From an uncultured Nitrososphaeraceae archaeon (GTDB lineage: Archaea > Thermoproteota > Nitrososphaeria > Nitrososphaerales > Nitrososphaeraceae), in assembly GCA_963779615.1 (NCBI GenBank), contig CAVZZA010000003.1, positions 224,001-288,000 of the forward strand: DNA of 64,000 nt. Reading direction: 5' to 3'. The translations under genes were made by a program, and so were the position numbers. The notes under the pieces are model-generated. The model made no database searches, was not told the origin of the DNA, and saw nothing but the letters and a program-made list of their open reading frames with translations. Below are positions 23,807-36,076 of the stretch, one piece after another (within the stretch, counting starts at the first letter, position 1; every line of letters starts with the position of its first letter).

Positions 23807-24385
23807 TCAATAGGGAGTGCCTTGAGCCCTTTGATTTGCTAATGCTTTTATGTACCATTCAAACTCATCAAGAAATTTATTAACTCTTTTATCATAGGAT
23901 TCATCAATTAGAATTCCATTTTCATCAATAACTTTATGCACTCTTGGTATTGGTAATGATGAAGGTATTGATGGTGCACCCAGCTCTGCGAATATCAATC
24001 TAAGCTGCTGTGCAGCATTTATTCCACCAAACATACCTGGAGAATAGGAAACAATTGCAGAAGGTTTGAAATAATACTCTTCTAAAAAGTAGTCTAAGGT
24101 ATTTTTCAATGCACTTGATGTATTGCGGTTATACTCCGGTGTTACAGGGACATACCCTTCAGCATCCTTGATTTTATTTCCTAAATCCCTTAATTTTTCA
24201 GAAGGGTTATCCATCTCTTTATACATTCTATCGAGTAGTGGCAAGTCTAGTTCCATTGGATCTATAAAGAAAACGCGGTGATTCCTTGCCTTTAGTTTTC
24301 TTTCAATCCACCTAGCTACTCTAACACCAATCCTGTCTCTTCTAACGGAGCCAACAAAAACTGCAATAATTGCCAACATGATCAA
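23807..24385 (-). CDS. NADPH-dependent FMN reductase
   Basis: GSVRRDRIG, VTPEYN...LKNTLD and YSPGMFGG motifs. Confidence 0.9.
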   Translation of the reverse strand: MIMLAIIAVFVGSVRRDRIGVRVARWIERKLKARNHRVFFIDPMELDLPLLDRMYKEMDNPSEKLRDLGNKIKDAEGYVPVTPEYNRNTSSALKNTLDYFLEEYYFKPSAIVSYSPGMFGGINAAQQLRLIFAELGAPSIPSSLPIPRVHKVIDENGILIDESYDKRVNKFLDEFEWYIKALANQRAQGTPY

Positions 24386-25190
24386 ATGAACACATTATTA
24401 TTAAAGTACTTGTTATTTAGAAGGAAAACAACTGATACACCATTAAACAGTTTACATATTCTCTAGAAATTAAATTCAATAAAATAAAAATTTATGATGG
24501 AAAAAAATTGGTTTAAGGAATCAAAAACAGATTTTTTGATTCCACACCTCAAGTCCATTTCTGATGAAAAATTCCTAACTAATTTTGTGTTCATGATCCT
24601 AATGGCATAAAAATACAACTTTTGCCATGAAAATACTAAACTCAGTAACAGATGCAAAAGGAGGAGGTTTGCAATTTCTGAAATTTACTGCAAATTTTTG
24701 AACTCATTGGTGTTTGTAACTTAGACATTCATGTCAAAGATTTCGTTCTGGGGCACAGGTTTTGAAGCATTAGAAACAACACTGTAACGGTTCATTTTAC
24801 TGATGGCTGTGGAAACATTTCCAAACAATTTGATTTATTTTGGTATTCAGTAAAACAAGTATTGCAAATTGATTGCTTGTAAGGTATGCCGTACTTCATT
24901 AGGTCTTCAAAATAATAATCATCACGAAGTTTTTAGCCATTTCCAAATACTCCCTTAAGAAAATTTGTTGTTAGGATTACATTCTGCATTTGATAAATGT
25001 ATCAGCCTGTTAATAATACTCGTTTTAATTTTGGAGGATTGCCCACGCTTAATGGAATTACTTGAAATCAAACTGAAATGGATTTTTTTTGAACATCAGT
25101 AAATTCACCGATCTTGGAGTTACTATGCTGTTGTCATTTAAATCTCAATGCGATACAAAAATATTCAACTGTATAACCCCATAAAAACAT

Positions 25191-25781
25191 ATGTCAACAA
25201 CATGTACAATAGTTGAGGTTCCCGGAATAGTTGCAGCACTAAAACAATCCAAAAATTTTGACTGCTGGGCAGTTGTTACCACCATTCTTATCTCATGGCG
25301 TGAACAAATAGGCTATGATGTTCACACCATAATGGAAAGATTGGGATCAGAATACTTGAAAATGTATGAAGATGACACAGGGCTTCCAACAAACAAAATA
25401 AATGAGTGGATATTGGCATCTGGCTTGGTTGAAGAAAACCCCCAATGCTATTCACAATCCAAAACAAGGGACATTTTAAAGGAGTTTGGACCTGTTGTTT
25501 TTACCACGGCGCAAGATGAGAATGGTCTACACCTAATGCATGCAAGAATAATTACAGGCATGCAAAATGCAAATGGGCCAAATGCAAATGGAGATTGCAC
25601 AATATCCGATACTGATGCAACAGGGATATTGGGATTAGATCCTAGCAATGGTCATGCATTTACCCTTCCCTATTCTATGTTTGGGAAAGAACTTGAACAC
25701 CAACCGTCAGACTGCTACCTGTTTGCTCAAGCCGTCCATATGCCCGCGCAGTCTATGTTCATATCCAACCAACGAAAATAA
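25191..25781 (+). CDS. Papain-like cysteine protease (AvrRpt2/C70- or C39-like)
   Basis: KQ....DCWA nucleophile motif, FGPV, HARIITG, LDP. Confidence 0.65.
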   Translation: MSTTCTIVEVPGIVAALKQSKNFDCWAVVTTILISWREQIGYDVHTIMERLGSEYLKMYEDDTGLPTNKINEWILASGLVEENPQCYSQSKTRDILKEFGPVVFTTAQDENGLHLMHARIITGMQNANGPNANGDCTISDTDATGILGLDPSNGHAFTLPYSMFGKELEHQPSDCYLFAQAVHMPAQSMFISNQRK

Positions 25782-26268
25782 ATTTGTAAAAAACAATATC
25801 CAATAAAAATAATCATTCAAGGCTGCTGTTAGGGGGGGTTAAAATTATACTAGTTATCATCCCATTTCATCAATATAACATTTTTTGACAGATACACAGA
25901 TTTTATTAAAATCATTGGTTTTCTGATTGCCTTTTAGGGTTGCCACATGCATATCCAATATGACCATAATGACAATGGGGTTGTTTCCCAGGCTTTAAAT
26001 ATAGAGTCTGCAACGGGCTTTTCACTTTTACAAGAAAACCACGTTCAACCATTTACAAGATAATCGAATGCGAGGCTTAATTTTGATAACATTCCGTTAC
26101 TGTTGAAATTACTAATTAAATTACTAGTTATAATTATACTGAATACTCCCATTAAAATTCTTTATATTAATATTAGATTAAATTTTTTCTCTCATTGAAA
26201 CCCAAAAACACTTTGCTAATTAACATATTAATTTTTAATATATTATAAAATGCATCTGGATTCATAGT

Positions 26269-26628
26269 ATGAACTATACTAAAGGTTTATTATTGATGGC
26301 AGCCATGACGTCGTTATTAGTCATGGGAACAAGTGCCATCCCCATGCAATCGTATGCAGGTGAACACAAAAAAACAAGTGACTTTGAGTCATTAATAAAG
26401 GCAAGCTTTGAGATAGACAAAAAGAGTGCAAGCCAGCACTTGGACCAGGACAACTTCTGCTATAGAAGCGATAATTGCCAACAGGCAAATCAAGCCGTAC
26501 AAATAGTAGGTGAAGACAATGAAGCAATTGGATTCAACGACCAAAGTGCCAACTTGTCACCATCATCAGAAGATGGAACAGGAGAAGGCGATGGAGAGGA
26601 AAATGAGATAGGAGACGACTTCTGGTAA
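26269..26628 (+). CDS. Secreted QDNxC-module protein with a short acidic tail
   Basis: Signal peptide ending QSYA; QDNFCYRSDNCQQANQ...GFNDQS. Confidence 0.75.
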   Translation: MNYTKGLLLMAAMTSLLVMGTSAIPMQSYAGEHKKTSDFESLIKASFEIDKKSASQHLDQDNFCYRSDNCQQANQAVQIVGEDNEAIGFNDQSANLSPSSEDGTGEGDGEENEIGDDFW

Positions 26629-27159
26629 CTGTACCAATTGGAGTCTGTTTTTTTCACCACTAGTTGGTGTAAACCTAACCATAGGAACGACATTGCCGAC
26701 AAGTAACTGCACCAATCCACCCGTGAAATGCATTACCTGGGCCATTAGTTGGTGAAAATTGTATTGCATGGTTTAGGGTGTTACAATCACAATAGCAAAA
26801 CCCGGGCAGTTGATTGACTGTGTCTTCCATGGTTACCTGTGCAAATATACCATTTAGGTCAATTTCTTGACCTAGCGCCAAATTTAAATGGCATGTTACG
26901 CATTAACAATCTTGATTTTTTTGCCTTTGATTCAAAATTAATTGCCTGATAGCCCTTTTTTCCCCAGTTGTTTGGCCACGTAAACCTTAGACATTAAAAA
27001 ACCTTTCCAATCTTTTTTTGATACTTTCCTATGGTCTCTGGCGACTTGGCGCAAACAGATACATATACAAGCACCTGGTCCCTGATTTTTGTTTTGTTTT
27101 ACCAACTCTTTTCATATATCTTGGTTTTGTAGGATTCACGTAAAGGAACCGTTATTGGA

Positions 27160-27280
27160 ATGGGCCCAAGGGGGTTTGAGCATGGCAGGTAAGGGGTTCA
27201 ATAAACTCAATTACCAAATACTACTTATTTGAACATTCTTTAAAATCGAAACTACGGAATCCGTTTATGATAATTAGCCA
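27160..27280 (-). repeat. tRNA-derived att-like repeat, type B
   Basis: atgggcccaagggggtttga is identical over 20 bp to 40818-40837; the following ~100 bp resemble 38893-39010. Confidence 0.85.
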
Positions 27281-27429
27281 AGGGATCGGCAATAGACACA
27301 CTATTGATTCTTCCGGATCCCTGAAAAAAGGATAATGTTTTTCTTAGTTTTTGAATAAGGGTTTTCTTTTATATTGTGATAAATTGGCAAAACCATATTT
27401 ATGTATGGAACGTTGTGGATGACAAGTGA

Positions 27430-28190
27430 ATGGAAAATCTATTTTTTGGGACGCCGATGCTTGTGACAATTTTTAAACACACAAGAAAAATGGGCCAACA
27501 TACTGATTCACAAAAGAAAATGGACTGGAAACGAAAATATATTGGATGAGGGGCGTCGTTCAGGAAGGATTACAAAAATCCTTTCCAAAACAATTACAAT
27601 GGAAAAATTTATGCGGTTGATAATGATACCAATATGATTAAAAAGGCAACAGAGAACCTGGGTGTTGTTGAAAATGTGAAACTTGTCCAAACAGATTTGC
27701 TGAATATCGAGTCTGCCAACATGCCCATAAACTTGATGCAATATTCTCTATGCCGTTTTGCACTAGATATGGACCATTATAAGGTATTTGAAAATTTTTA
27801 CTGCCCTCTAAACCCAGGCGGAGAGATATTGATTCGATGTTGAGTTTATGGAATGTTAAAAAAGACGTTGCCAGAATCTGGCAAATTTTTTTCTGAATGG
27901 AAAATCGACTGGAATTATGCAAAACCTGCAGACAGAAAATATCTTATAGCAGGCAGGCTATGAAAACATTGAAGTTTACCTGACAGAAACCTAGGCAAAT
28001 TTCAATAGTAAAAATGATTAATTTATTTATTTGAAAACAGTGGACCTGCGACCATACCAAAGTACCTACCATCAGAACAATCACGACTTGATTTGCTAAT
28101 ACAGTTATGCCATATAAGGAAAAACATCAACCTGATTTTTGCTGGAAACTGGATTATATACGCCTAACCGTTTCAGCATCGAAATAAACT
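27430..28190 (+). pseudogene. SAM-dependent methyltransferase (Tam-like), multiply disrupted
   Basis: WDADA, KWTGNENILDEGRRSGRITK, LNPGGEILI, WKLDYIRL in shifting frames. Confidence 0.65.
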
Positions 28191-28216
28191 AATGGATAAA
28201 GAGTCAAGAAGATATA

Positions 28217-28810
28217 ATGATGGAGCCTCAGAGAATAACAATTACAGGTAATGACATTATTTTGCGCCCTCCATCCACGACAGATTTGGAGGGTTTGCTC
28301 GATGCGGCAAAAGATGGAGAAATTTGGAAGAATCCATATGCAGTGTTTCCTAGTATTGGGGAAATGCCCGGTTATTTACAGGACTTGCTAAAAGACACAA
28401 AAACAATACTACCCTTTATAATAGATCTAAAAGAATCAAACAAGATAATAGGCTCAACACGATTCTTCAACATTGACCATGATAATTACCGTGTAGAAAT
28501 TGGCCATACTTGGATTACCAAATACTATCGCAGAACGGCAGTTAACACCGAAGCTAAATTTTTAATGCTGCGACATGCTTTTGAAAAGATGGATTGCATT
28601 GCAGTGGAGTTAAGAACCGATGTGTTAAATGATACATCTAGAAAGGCAATTGAAAGGCTTGGAGCAAAACAGGATGGAATATTAAGAGGTCACAAGATAA
28701 TGAGAGGATGAAGGATCAGGGACACTGTATGCTACAGCATCATAAAGGAAGAATGGCCAACCATCAAGGAAAAACTTTTGACAAAGATGATTAGTCATCA
28801 TGAGAGATAA
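28217..28810 (+). pseudogene. RimJ/RimL-type GNAT acetyltransferase with an in-frame TGA at 28709
   Basis: EIGHTW, NTEAKFLML, ERLGAKQDG; RIRDTVCYSIIKEEWP continues in frame after the TGA. Confidence 0.8.
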
Positions 28811-29316
28811 GAAATCCCATTAATTATAACAATAAAAATTTTGATTATAAGAAAATTCCACATATCTTTAAAAATCAACAATGGTTTTTGTACTTCAGAA
28901 AAGGGGTTATTGCTGTGCTGCAGCGTAGTTTCCCTTGTTCTTTTTGTGTTTTTTTTTGCTAAAGCATCACCTATTTCAACTACTGGACTGACTAACAAGG
29001 AGAATGTGACCACTATTGCGATTGAGGCAAAGAGGAGTTTTGTGTTTTTTTTTTGATTTGGATATGCTTCATTTTATTCATTCGTTTACTACTATGGAAA
29101 AATGAGATGACATTTGCTAACTAACTGCAATACTATAATATTCTAATGGTTTTAGAAAATTCATGGTCTCTTTGACGGAAATACGGTAACATGACGGGTA
29201 TTGGATGTGATTTGACTTGGAATATAGGACATGGGATTTGGCAAGTTAAGGCGGTTCAGTTGATGCCTTAGAATCACCCATAGTTAACCATCATTTTTGA
29301 GGTAAAATAGCAGTTT

Positions 29317-29365
29317 TGAGCCAAAGGGGTTTGAGGAGGCAGGTAAAGGGGGTTCAACAACTTTC
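29317..29365 (-). repeat. tRNA-derived att-like repeat, type B
   Basis: tgagccaaaggggtttgaggaggcaggtaaagggggttcaacaact. Confidence 0.75.
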
Positions 29366-30066
29366 TCATCAGATGCCAATCTAATTAATCCTTTTCCTGA
29401 TTTGAAGAATCGAATTAAAATACAGTGGATAAATCCAGGATTGATTTGTTATAAAATATCAGTGATTGATTTGTAGAAAAGTCTGAAAAGACTTTACAGA
29501 TCCATAACGTTAAATATTTACATACCAAATGAAAATGTCATCCAATCCCTTGAATTCCAAAACTCTAAAACAATTCTTTGGGTTTGGTTCACTATAATAC
29601 ACAATATATCCATAACAACAACAGCAACAAGTTATTCTGATCTCTCAAATGTCATGGAAAGGCCCGTCATTCTACAGAACAATTGGCTGTGGTTATTATG
29701 GACAAATACAGTATTTGATATTAGGCCCTTGACCATCATTCGTTTCACAATAACCAATCAAAACTCCAATTATTCGGTCAATCCAATCACCTGAAATTGA
29801 TGGATAGCCAAACTAACAAAGCTATTTCGCCAAAATAGCGAAGGAGAAGACCATATAACACTGTGCAGGGTTTTTGTCCCGTATCCTCATTCGACAATTA
29901 AGATGGGGTTGGGTTTATGAACAATTGCTTTAATAGTAAATACACCCACTGTTTTAGATTGATTATGGCTTGGGGGTGTAACTATTATCCTTTCTTTAAA
30001 ATATTTTAACCTATTCCAGATTTATCAAGATTTAGCATTGCACAAAAAAATAAAAAAATATTGAAG

Positions 30067-30480
30067 CTATTTTAAGAGATCTGCTGTAGCAGTAACATTA
30101 GTTCCCCCTATGCTATAAAAGGAAATAGTTTCCAGGGTGTTGAATGAATGGGATTGTCCGGGTTTTAGAACAAAGGATGGTTGGGTGACAAAATTGCTGA
30201 ATTTGCCTAACTGATTTCCGCCTTTGTCAAAAAAAGCAACGTCTACTTCTATATCATCTACGCTAGAGGTGCTATTGTTAACTATGTTTCCAGTTACCTC
30301 TGTTATTCCTGTCGGAGTTCTTGCTATTGAGATACCCTCCACTCTCAAATTAGTCTTGTTTGGGTCATTTTGACCATAAGCCATACTGTTGGTTGAAAAT
30401 TCGTCTATGCAAAGAGCCAAAGCAAAACTAACTAGCATTTGAGCAGAAAGCCACAATTTTTGCCCAAGTGTTTTTTCCAC
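30067..30480 (-). CDS. Secreted FxLYD-domain protein
   Basis: Signal peptide; VTGNIVNN, VAFFDKGG and LKPGQSHSF motifs. Confidence 0.75.
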   Translation of the reverse strand: MEKTLGQKLWLSAQMLVSFALALCIDEFSTNSMAYGQNDPNKTNLRVEGISIARTPTGITEVTGNIVNNSTSSVDDIEVDVAFFDKGGNQLGKFSNFVTQPSFVLKPGQSHSFNTLETISFYSIGGTNVTATADLLK

Positions 30481-30789
30481 ATCTATCTTGCAATAGCCAT
30501 TTAGAAATACTTTTTGATTTTATTGAATCTGGAAGATTTGGTGAATTATGCCAACACTGCCGGTCAGACATGGCAAAGTTTAGTTTGCTACTACCTCCCC
30601 ACCTTATCCAAAGGATATTGTCAAGGAGTATTCAAAACCAACTTCAGCTTGGAAAAGGCGACTGCAAATCCGTCCACATCTTTGAAGACATTAGATGGCG
30701 GGGCACGGCTATCTAATCCCTTTTGTTGCAGCTACCTATGGGTAAAGCTGGAAACTTACATATCTTATGTTATTTATTCTAGTATTAAT

Positions 30790-31575
30790 GTGACAAGAGT
30801 TACCATTTGTCAGGTTAATTTACAAAACAACAAAACGAAGGCAATAAAACATATTCTGAAGATATTAAAGAAAATTGGATCATGCGATTCGGACATACTG
30901 TGCATGCCAGAATTATGGTACTCCAAAATTGTCACACATTTTGAATCGGAATTTATTGAAATAATTGATGCTGCAAAAGAATACAATATCACAATAATCC
31001 CAGGGGCATTTTTTGAAAGAAAAAACAAAGTTGATTCTAACAACAACAACTCATTACGCATTTCATCTCCTGTAGTTTCAAATAAAGGAACCATATTAGG
31101 CCGTCAGTTGAAAATCAATCCATTTGGGCTACAACGCAAAGCCGTAAAAGCCGGTACAACGGTACAGGTATTTGAAACTGGGAGTTTCAAGTTTGGAATA
31201 GGCATATGTTACGACATAGTTTTTCCAGAAGTATCCAGGGCATTAACTAAGAAAGGTGCAGATATACTCTTTTTCCCTTCAAAGATAAGAAATGAGGGTA
31301 CAAAGCCATGGCATATGTACGTCCAAGTAAGAGCGCTTGAAAACAGGATACCAATAGCCGCGCCAAACGTGTGCTGCAATGATACCTATAAAGGAAAAAG
31401 CATTTTTGTTGACTTTGATTATGATAACAGGACGGACATTGCCGTTCCAAAGATTAGATTTGGATCATCAGCAATTGAACAGATCCTTACAACGGATATT
31501 GATTTTAAACGCACAAGAAGAATACATAAGAAAAGGTTTGAAAATTTTCCAAATAGCTTTTATGACTTGCTTTGA
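30790..31575 (+). CDS. Carbon-nitrogen hydrolase (nitrilase/amidase) family
   Basis: MPEL, QLKINP, GICYDIVFPE and RALEN motifs; GTG start inferred. Confidence 0.9.
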   Translation: MTRVTICQVNLQNNKTKAIKHILKILKKIGSCDSDILCMPELWYSKIVTHFESEFIEIIDAAKEYNITIIPGAFFERKNKVDSNNNNSLRISSPVVSNKGTILGRQLKINPFGLQRKAVKAGTTVQVFETGSFKFGIGICYDIVFPEVSRALTKKGADILFFPSKIRNEGTKPWHMYVQVRALENRIPIAAPNVCCNDTYKGKSIFVDFDYDNRTDIAVPKIRFGSSAIEQILTTDIDFKRTRRIHKKRFENFPNSFYDLL

Positions 31576-32007
31576 AATATACAAAATGGTTATCCTTCAT
31601 GGTAAATGATGGTCAAGCTGATGAAAACTCAGGATTTATATCTTTGTTGTAGATTTGTATGTAAACGGCACAAATAATAACAACGGTACAGATTTTGGCG
31701 GACTGTGTGCTAGATCCGTAAAAATTGCTAACTAAATTCTTTTTAACGTGTATTACTCAAAAACCGATGAATCACGTGTAGGCATGATGAAAAACTATTT
31801 CCACTGTAAATCTGATTTTATCTCTCGTTCCCGCGGTATACCCTGCTTTTTTAGCGCATAAAGCTAAATGTCGGCCGGACTAGGCTAACCCGGCAAGTCT
31901 GGATGGTGGGCCACTACATGTCTCTCATACCAATCAACTGAACCAAAATCACTTTGATTAAAATATTAGCATTTAGGCAAAAAAACGCTCGTGTTTGGAA
32001 TCTATAG

Positions 32008-32029
32008 AGCCCCAATTGTGATTGGGGCT
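32008..32029. other. Perfect 9-bp-arm hairpin or palindrome
   Basis: agccccaat-tgtg-attggggct in an intergenic region. Confidence 0.4.
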
Positions 32030-32356
32030 TTAGTGCGTACCAGTAAATTCGCATAGCAGAAAAAAAAAGCAATGCACAGTTCGTTCCTATGAAAAGACAT
32101 TAGACAAGTTTACTGGGGTATAATACATTATATCTAAGATATATATAGCGACAAGAGAGAACAACTGGAATGCAACATTCAATATCCTGGGGAGATAACA
32201 CTTAACTGTTACTTACATGCAATATTATGACTAGAAGTACACTTTATATAATATATTCCTGTTCCATGGTCTTATGAAAGGGGAAAAGGATCATGCATTG
32301 ATTAGAAGTTTAGAGCATGGAACACTGCTTTTTCGATGGGAAGAAGGGGAAAAACA

Positions 32357-33115
32357 ATGACTGACCACAAGATAGGAACACGTGAAGAGTGGCTTGCGGC
32401 CCGGCTGGAGCTGCTCAAGGCCGAGAAAGCGCTTACGCGGCGTAGCGACGAACTGGCGCAGTGGCGACAGAGGCTGCCTTGGGTTCGAATCGACAAAGAA
32501 TACCGTTTCGAGACCGACGAGGGCATGGCGTCCCTTGCCGATCTGTTCAGAGGACGCTCGCAGCTCCTCATATATCACTTCATGTTCGGACCCGATTACA
32601 CAGGCGGCTGCCCAGCATGCTCTGCGATCGCAGACGGCTTTAACGGCTTTGCCGTGCACCTTGAGCACCACGACGTCGCTATGATCGCGGTCTCACGCGC
32701 CCCATTAGCCGCGCTCCAAGCCTACAAGCGCCGTATGGGCTGGACTTTTACGTGGGCCTCGTCACTGAATAGCGATTTCAACTACGACTTCAACACCTCG
32801 GTCACTGAGGAGCAGCAGCGCTCCGGCAGCATCGAATACAACTACAGCACGCTCGGCACGACACCCGACTCGGTTAGCGTAGGAGATTTCGCGGCCATGA
32901 CCGGCACCGACGTCCCTACCTACACCCGCGAGGCGCCGGGCATGAGTGCGTTCGCACTCGCCGACGGCGTCATCTACCACACATACTCCACCTACGCGCG
33001 CGGCCTCGACGCGCTCTGGGGAATGTACCAGTGGCTTGACCGGGCACCGAATGGGCGAAACGAAACTGGGCCGTGGTTTAGGCGGCACGACGAATACGCA
33101 CGAAATTCTCGATAG
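32357..33115 (+). CDS. DUF899 thioredoxin-like protein
   Basis: REEWLAAR.ELL, RLPWV, YHFMF, CPACS and YHTYSTYARG motifs; GC-rich. Confidence 0.9.
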   Translation: MTDHKIGTREEWLAARLELLKAEKALTRRSDELAQWRQRLPWVRIDKEYRFETDEGMASLADLFRGRSQLLIYHFMFGPDYTGGCPACSAIADGFNGFAVHLEHHDVAMIAVSRAPLAALQAYKRRMGWTFTWASSLNSDFNYDFNTSVTEEQQRSGSIEYNYSTLGTTPDSVSVGDFAAMTGTDVPTYTREAPGMSAFALADGVIYHTYSTYARGLDALWGMYQWLDRAPNGRNETGPWFRRHDEYARNSR

Positions 33116-34385
33116 CGGTCGCCAAACAGAACGAATGATCGGGAAATTTTGAAGCACCACCACCGGGTACGTTGAATCCCGAAGTTGCCCGGTACGTTGA
33201 AATAATGCATTCATTACCTATTACCAAATCTATGAACACAGACCACCCAAGCCCTCTATTTGTTGATCAGAGGACATTGCATAACCCCTGATTTTCGAAA
33301 CTCAATTTGTGAACACTTATTGGCAAATAGTGACTCCTTTTTCTATTTCTAACATTCTGTTCAAGCAGGCATTTTGAATTGGAATCTAATGGTCGAAGTG
33401 AATTACACTTATCCAGCCAGGTCTGCAATATACTGGCAACTTCAGAAGCTGCTAACTAACTTTCTGAATGAACAGGTATGGCAAAAGAATGCGCCATAGT
33501 GCATACTCTGATCTGATATCGGTGTTTGAAGTAGTTGCTCGATCCACGGAATAGTATCGGTCTTGTTGCAACCAAAACTCTTTACGTAGGATATCAGCGC
33601 CTATGAAATAGATACGGCGATCTAAAACGTGGTCCAAAACACAGGCTAATTTTTCAAACTCATTTAATCAGCCTTTGACAAATATCATGCCATTGACCTT
33701 GCCCTAGAGAAAAGAAATTGTTCCCTTAGGACTAAATTCAATCCCCTGGTTTGAATTCATAAAATTTAAGGTTGGAAATTTCAACAGTATTCATATTCAT
33801 GATTTTTTACGGTTTGATTTTAAATAAATAGAAAATACAGATATACTCTATTATTCTTTGTATTGCAATTCCATGACATCTCAATGAATGGAATCTTGAT
33901 ACTATCAAAAATCATGTTGAAAAAGGTTATTTAGAAACTAAAAAATTTGAGTTTAAGTGAGCAAAAGAAGGTAACGATGCAAATGAGGATTCAAGAAACA
34001 TAAAAACTGCTTGTGCTTTTGCAAATACTGATTAGGGGTTTATTATTTTGGTGTTCATTATAAAAGAAAAGCAAATAAGGATAGGATTGTAGGTCTTAAA
34101 AATTCAGGCTTGTCAAAAGAATTTGGAGACGGAATTTCAGGTGTAAACCCTACAATAGATTTCGATTTTTCGAATCCGCCGATCAAAATACCAGGTAGCG
34201 AAAATGATCTTTATTGCTCGCATTAAGCTGAGTAGCCTGAGACCTCACATAAAAGTTGATTTAGGTGTCTTTTACGCGTTGCTATAAATTTAAGCTTCTT
34301 ATTTAAAATTCAGAATTTTTTTTGAAAATACCAATGGGGTGTCTTTTACTGTAAAATCCAATTTATAGTAAAATTTGAATATAGT

Positions 34386-34437
34386 ATGGGCCCAAAGGGC
34401 CTGGTGCCGACATCGGTCTTTAAGGCAGGTTCTAAAA
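34386..34437 (-). repeat. tRNA-derived att-like repeat, type C
   Basis: atgggcccaaagggcctggtgccgacatcggtctttaaggcaggttctaa. Confidence 0.75.
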
Positions 34438-34526
34438 TGTCAGGGGATAACGCCAAACTTAAAGATTATGGATATAATCGTTATTTGTTCTGTGTTTATT
34501 TCAACTTTGCAAGTGCACTTATGCTG

Positions 34527-35503
34527 TCAGTCTACTCTTACACTTTGAATCATTTTTTCGCAATGTTCATCTGTCCAAACCCCAACACTTTGTAATCTAC
34601 CCTTCCATTTTTCTTCTGTTTTATCCACACACACACTTGTTAATGCATTAAAATATGCTTCTGTGACAGCAGCATTGTTTTGTTTGTCGATGTTTTCAGT
34701 CACCTGAGTAAAGTTAACATTATTTATAGCAAATTGTGAGTTATTTTTTAGGTCAGTTACATATTCTTTCTGTAGATCTATGTCTTCTTTTTGTACCCAT
34801 CTTACCATGTCCAGGCACGTAAACATCAAACTCATATCCCAAAGCTTGATCATAAGATCTCATCAAAGCAGGCACTTCTGGCGTAGCGGCAAGGTGTTTC
34901 CATGGCACCTCCCCTGGAGATAGTTGATCAACTGCCATTAAGACTTTTTGTTCCGGATTGTATATGAAAATGTTACCTCTTTGGTGGTACTGCCCAGGAT
35001 ACGTCAATTGCAATGTTTTATTTCCAAATGTCAGAGTAGTGTTGTCTACAAATGTTTTTGTTGGGACAGGTCGTTCAGGATCATTAGCCATTGTCAGAAT
35101 ATCCGCAGTATTCTTTTCTGCCATTATCTCTACATCAGGTTGAAAGAGATGTGCAGATCCAACATGGTCTCTGTGGGCATGACTATAAATAAGATATTTT
35201 ATGGGTTCGTCTGTGACCTCGGATATAGTCTTTGAGGATTCTATCACCTATACTGGGTGGTGCGTCAACTACAATAACACCCTCGCCAGTGGTCAAAAAC
35301 ATGACGTTGTATCCACCTGCCGATATAACATATACTCCATCTTTTATCTCCTGCAAATCGTAGTCGTTTTGAGCAACAGACCGGATGTTGCTTATATCCC
35401 CCATGGAAATCAAAAACATAAAAGTCAAAACTATACCTGCAAACGATGATACTAATCTCGTATACTGTATAGATAAAAATATGTTAGATTTCATATCAAA
35501 CAT
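34527..35503 (-). pseudogene. Secreted MBL-fold hydrolase in three frame fragments
   Basis: VVDAPP, SHAHRDHVG and VPGHG motifs over ORFs 35183-35503, 34753-35247 and 34527-34853. Confidence 0.85.
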
Positions 35504-35750
35504 TTTATCATATTTGTAAAACTTAATAAAGATTTTAAAATTATAATCACATGATTATAGTTTTAGGCAATTATCCGGTTGAATTTCTAATTTTTTTAAT
35601 ACCAGGATATACAATTTTGACAGCCATCACTTTCTCTTTGTAACGGTAAACATAAACATATTTTAAAAAATTTCCTTTTCATACTACGTGATCAACAGTT
35701 ATCAATAGCTCTAACAATTTATCACCGTGATAAATATATACACATAGGAA

Positions 35751-35795
35751 CGGGCCCAAAGGGTTTGGCAATAGGCATATTACAAGTCTGATTCT
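35751..35795 (-). repeat. tRNA-derived att-like repeat, type A
   Basis: cgggcccaaagggtttggcaataggcatattacaagtc. Confidence 0.75.
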
Positions 35796-36076
35796 TCAAT
35801 ATTTTTACTTGCTATTAACATTAAATCAAAGCATGTTGTACTAAAAATGACACTGAAAGTTGATTCAATAGGCCTTTGAATTTTATTATCACCAATCAAT
35901 TTCTTCATATTTTAATAGGGAGATTTTTAGACAATACTCGCTATTTCCATTTCTTTTATATCCCATCACTTTTACCATTTCAGTTGCATGCAACCATGTC
36001 AATCTCTTGTTTGCATCATCGCCCATTGGGAGAAGACCGAAGAATATAATGACAAGATGCAGATTGGGAAATAGTG

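Noticed and set aside
28709-28711. Selenocysteine recoding of the TGA
   Set aside because: The position corresponds to Gly, not a catalytic Cys, and no supporting Sec context is visible.
29661-29675. 14/15 match (ggcccgtcattctac) to the sequence at the tRNA(CAT) 5' boundary (40888-40902)
   Set aside because: A single short match found post hoc; plausible by chance.
30514-30789. N-terminal extension of the nitrilase ORF (likewise for RidA 17078, EamA 22366 and gcvPB 4383)
   Set aside because: Family homology starts at downstream start codons; the extensions look like open-frame run-on.
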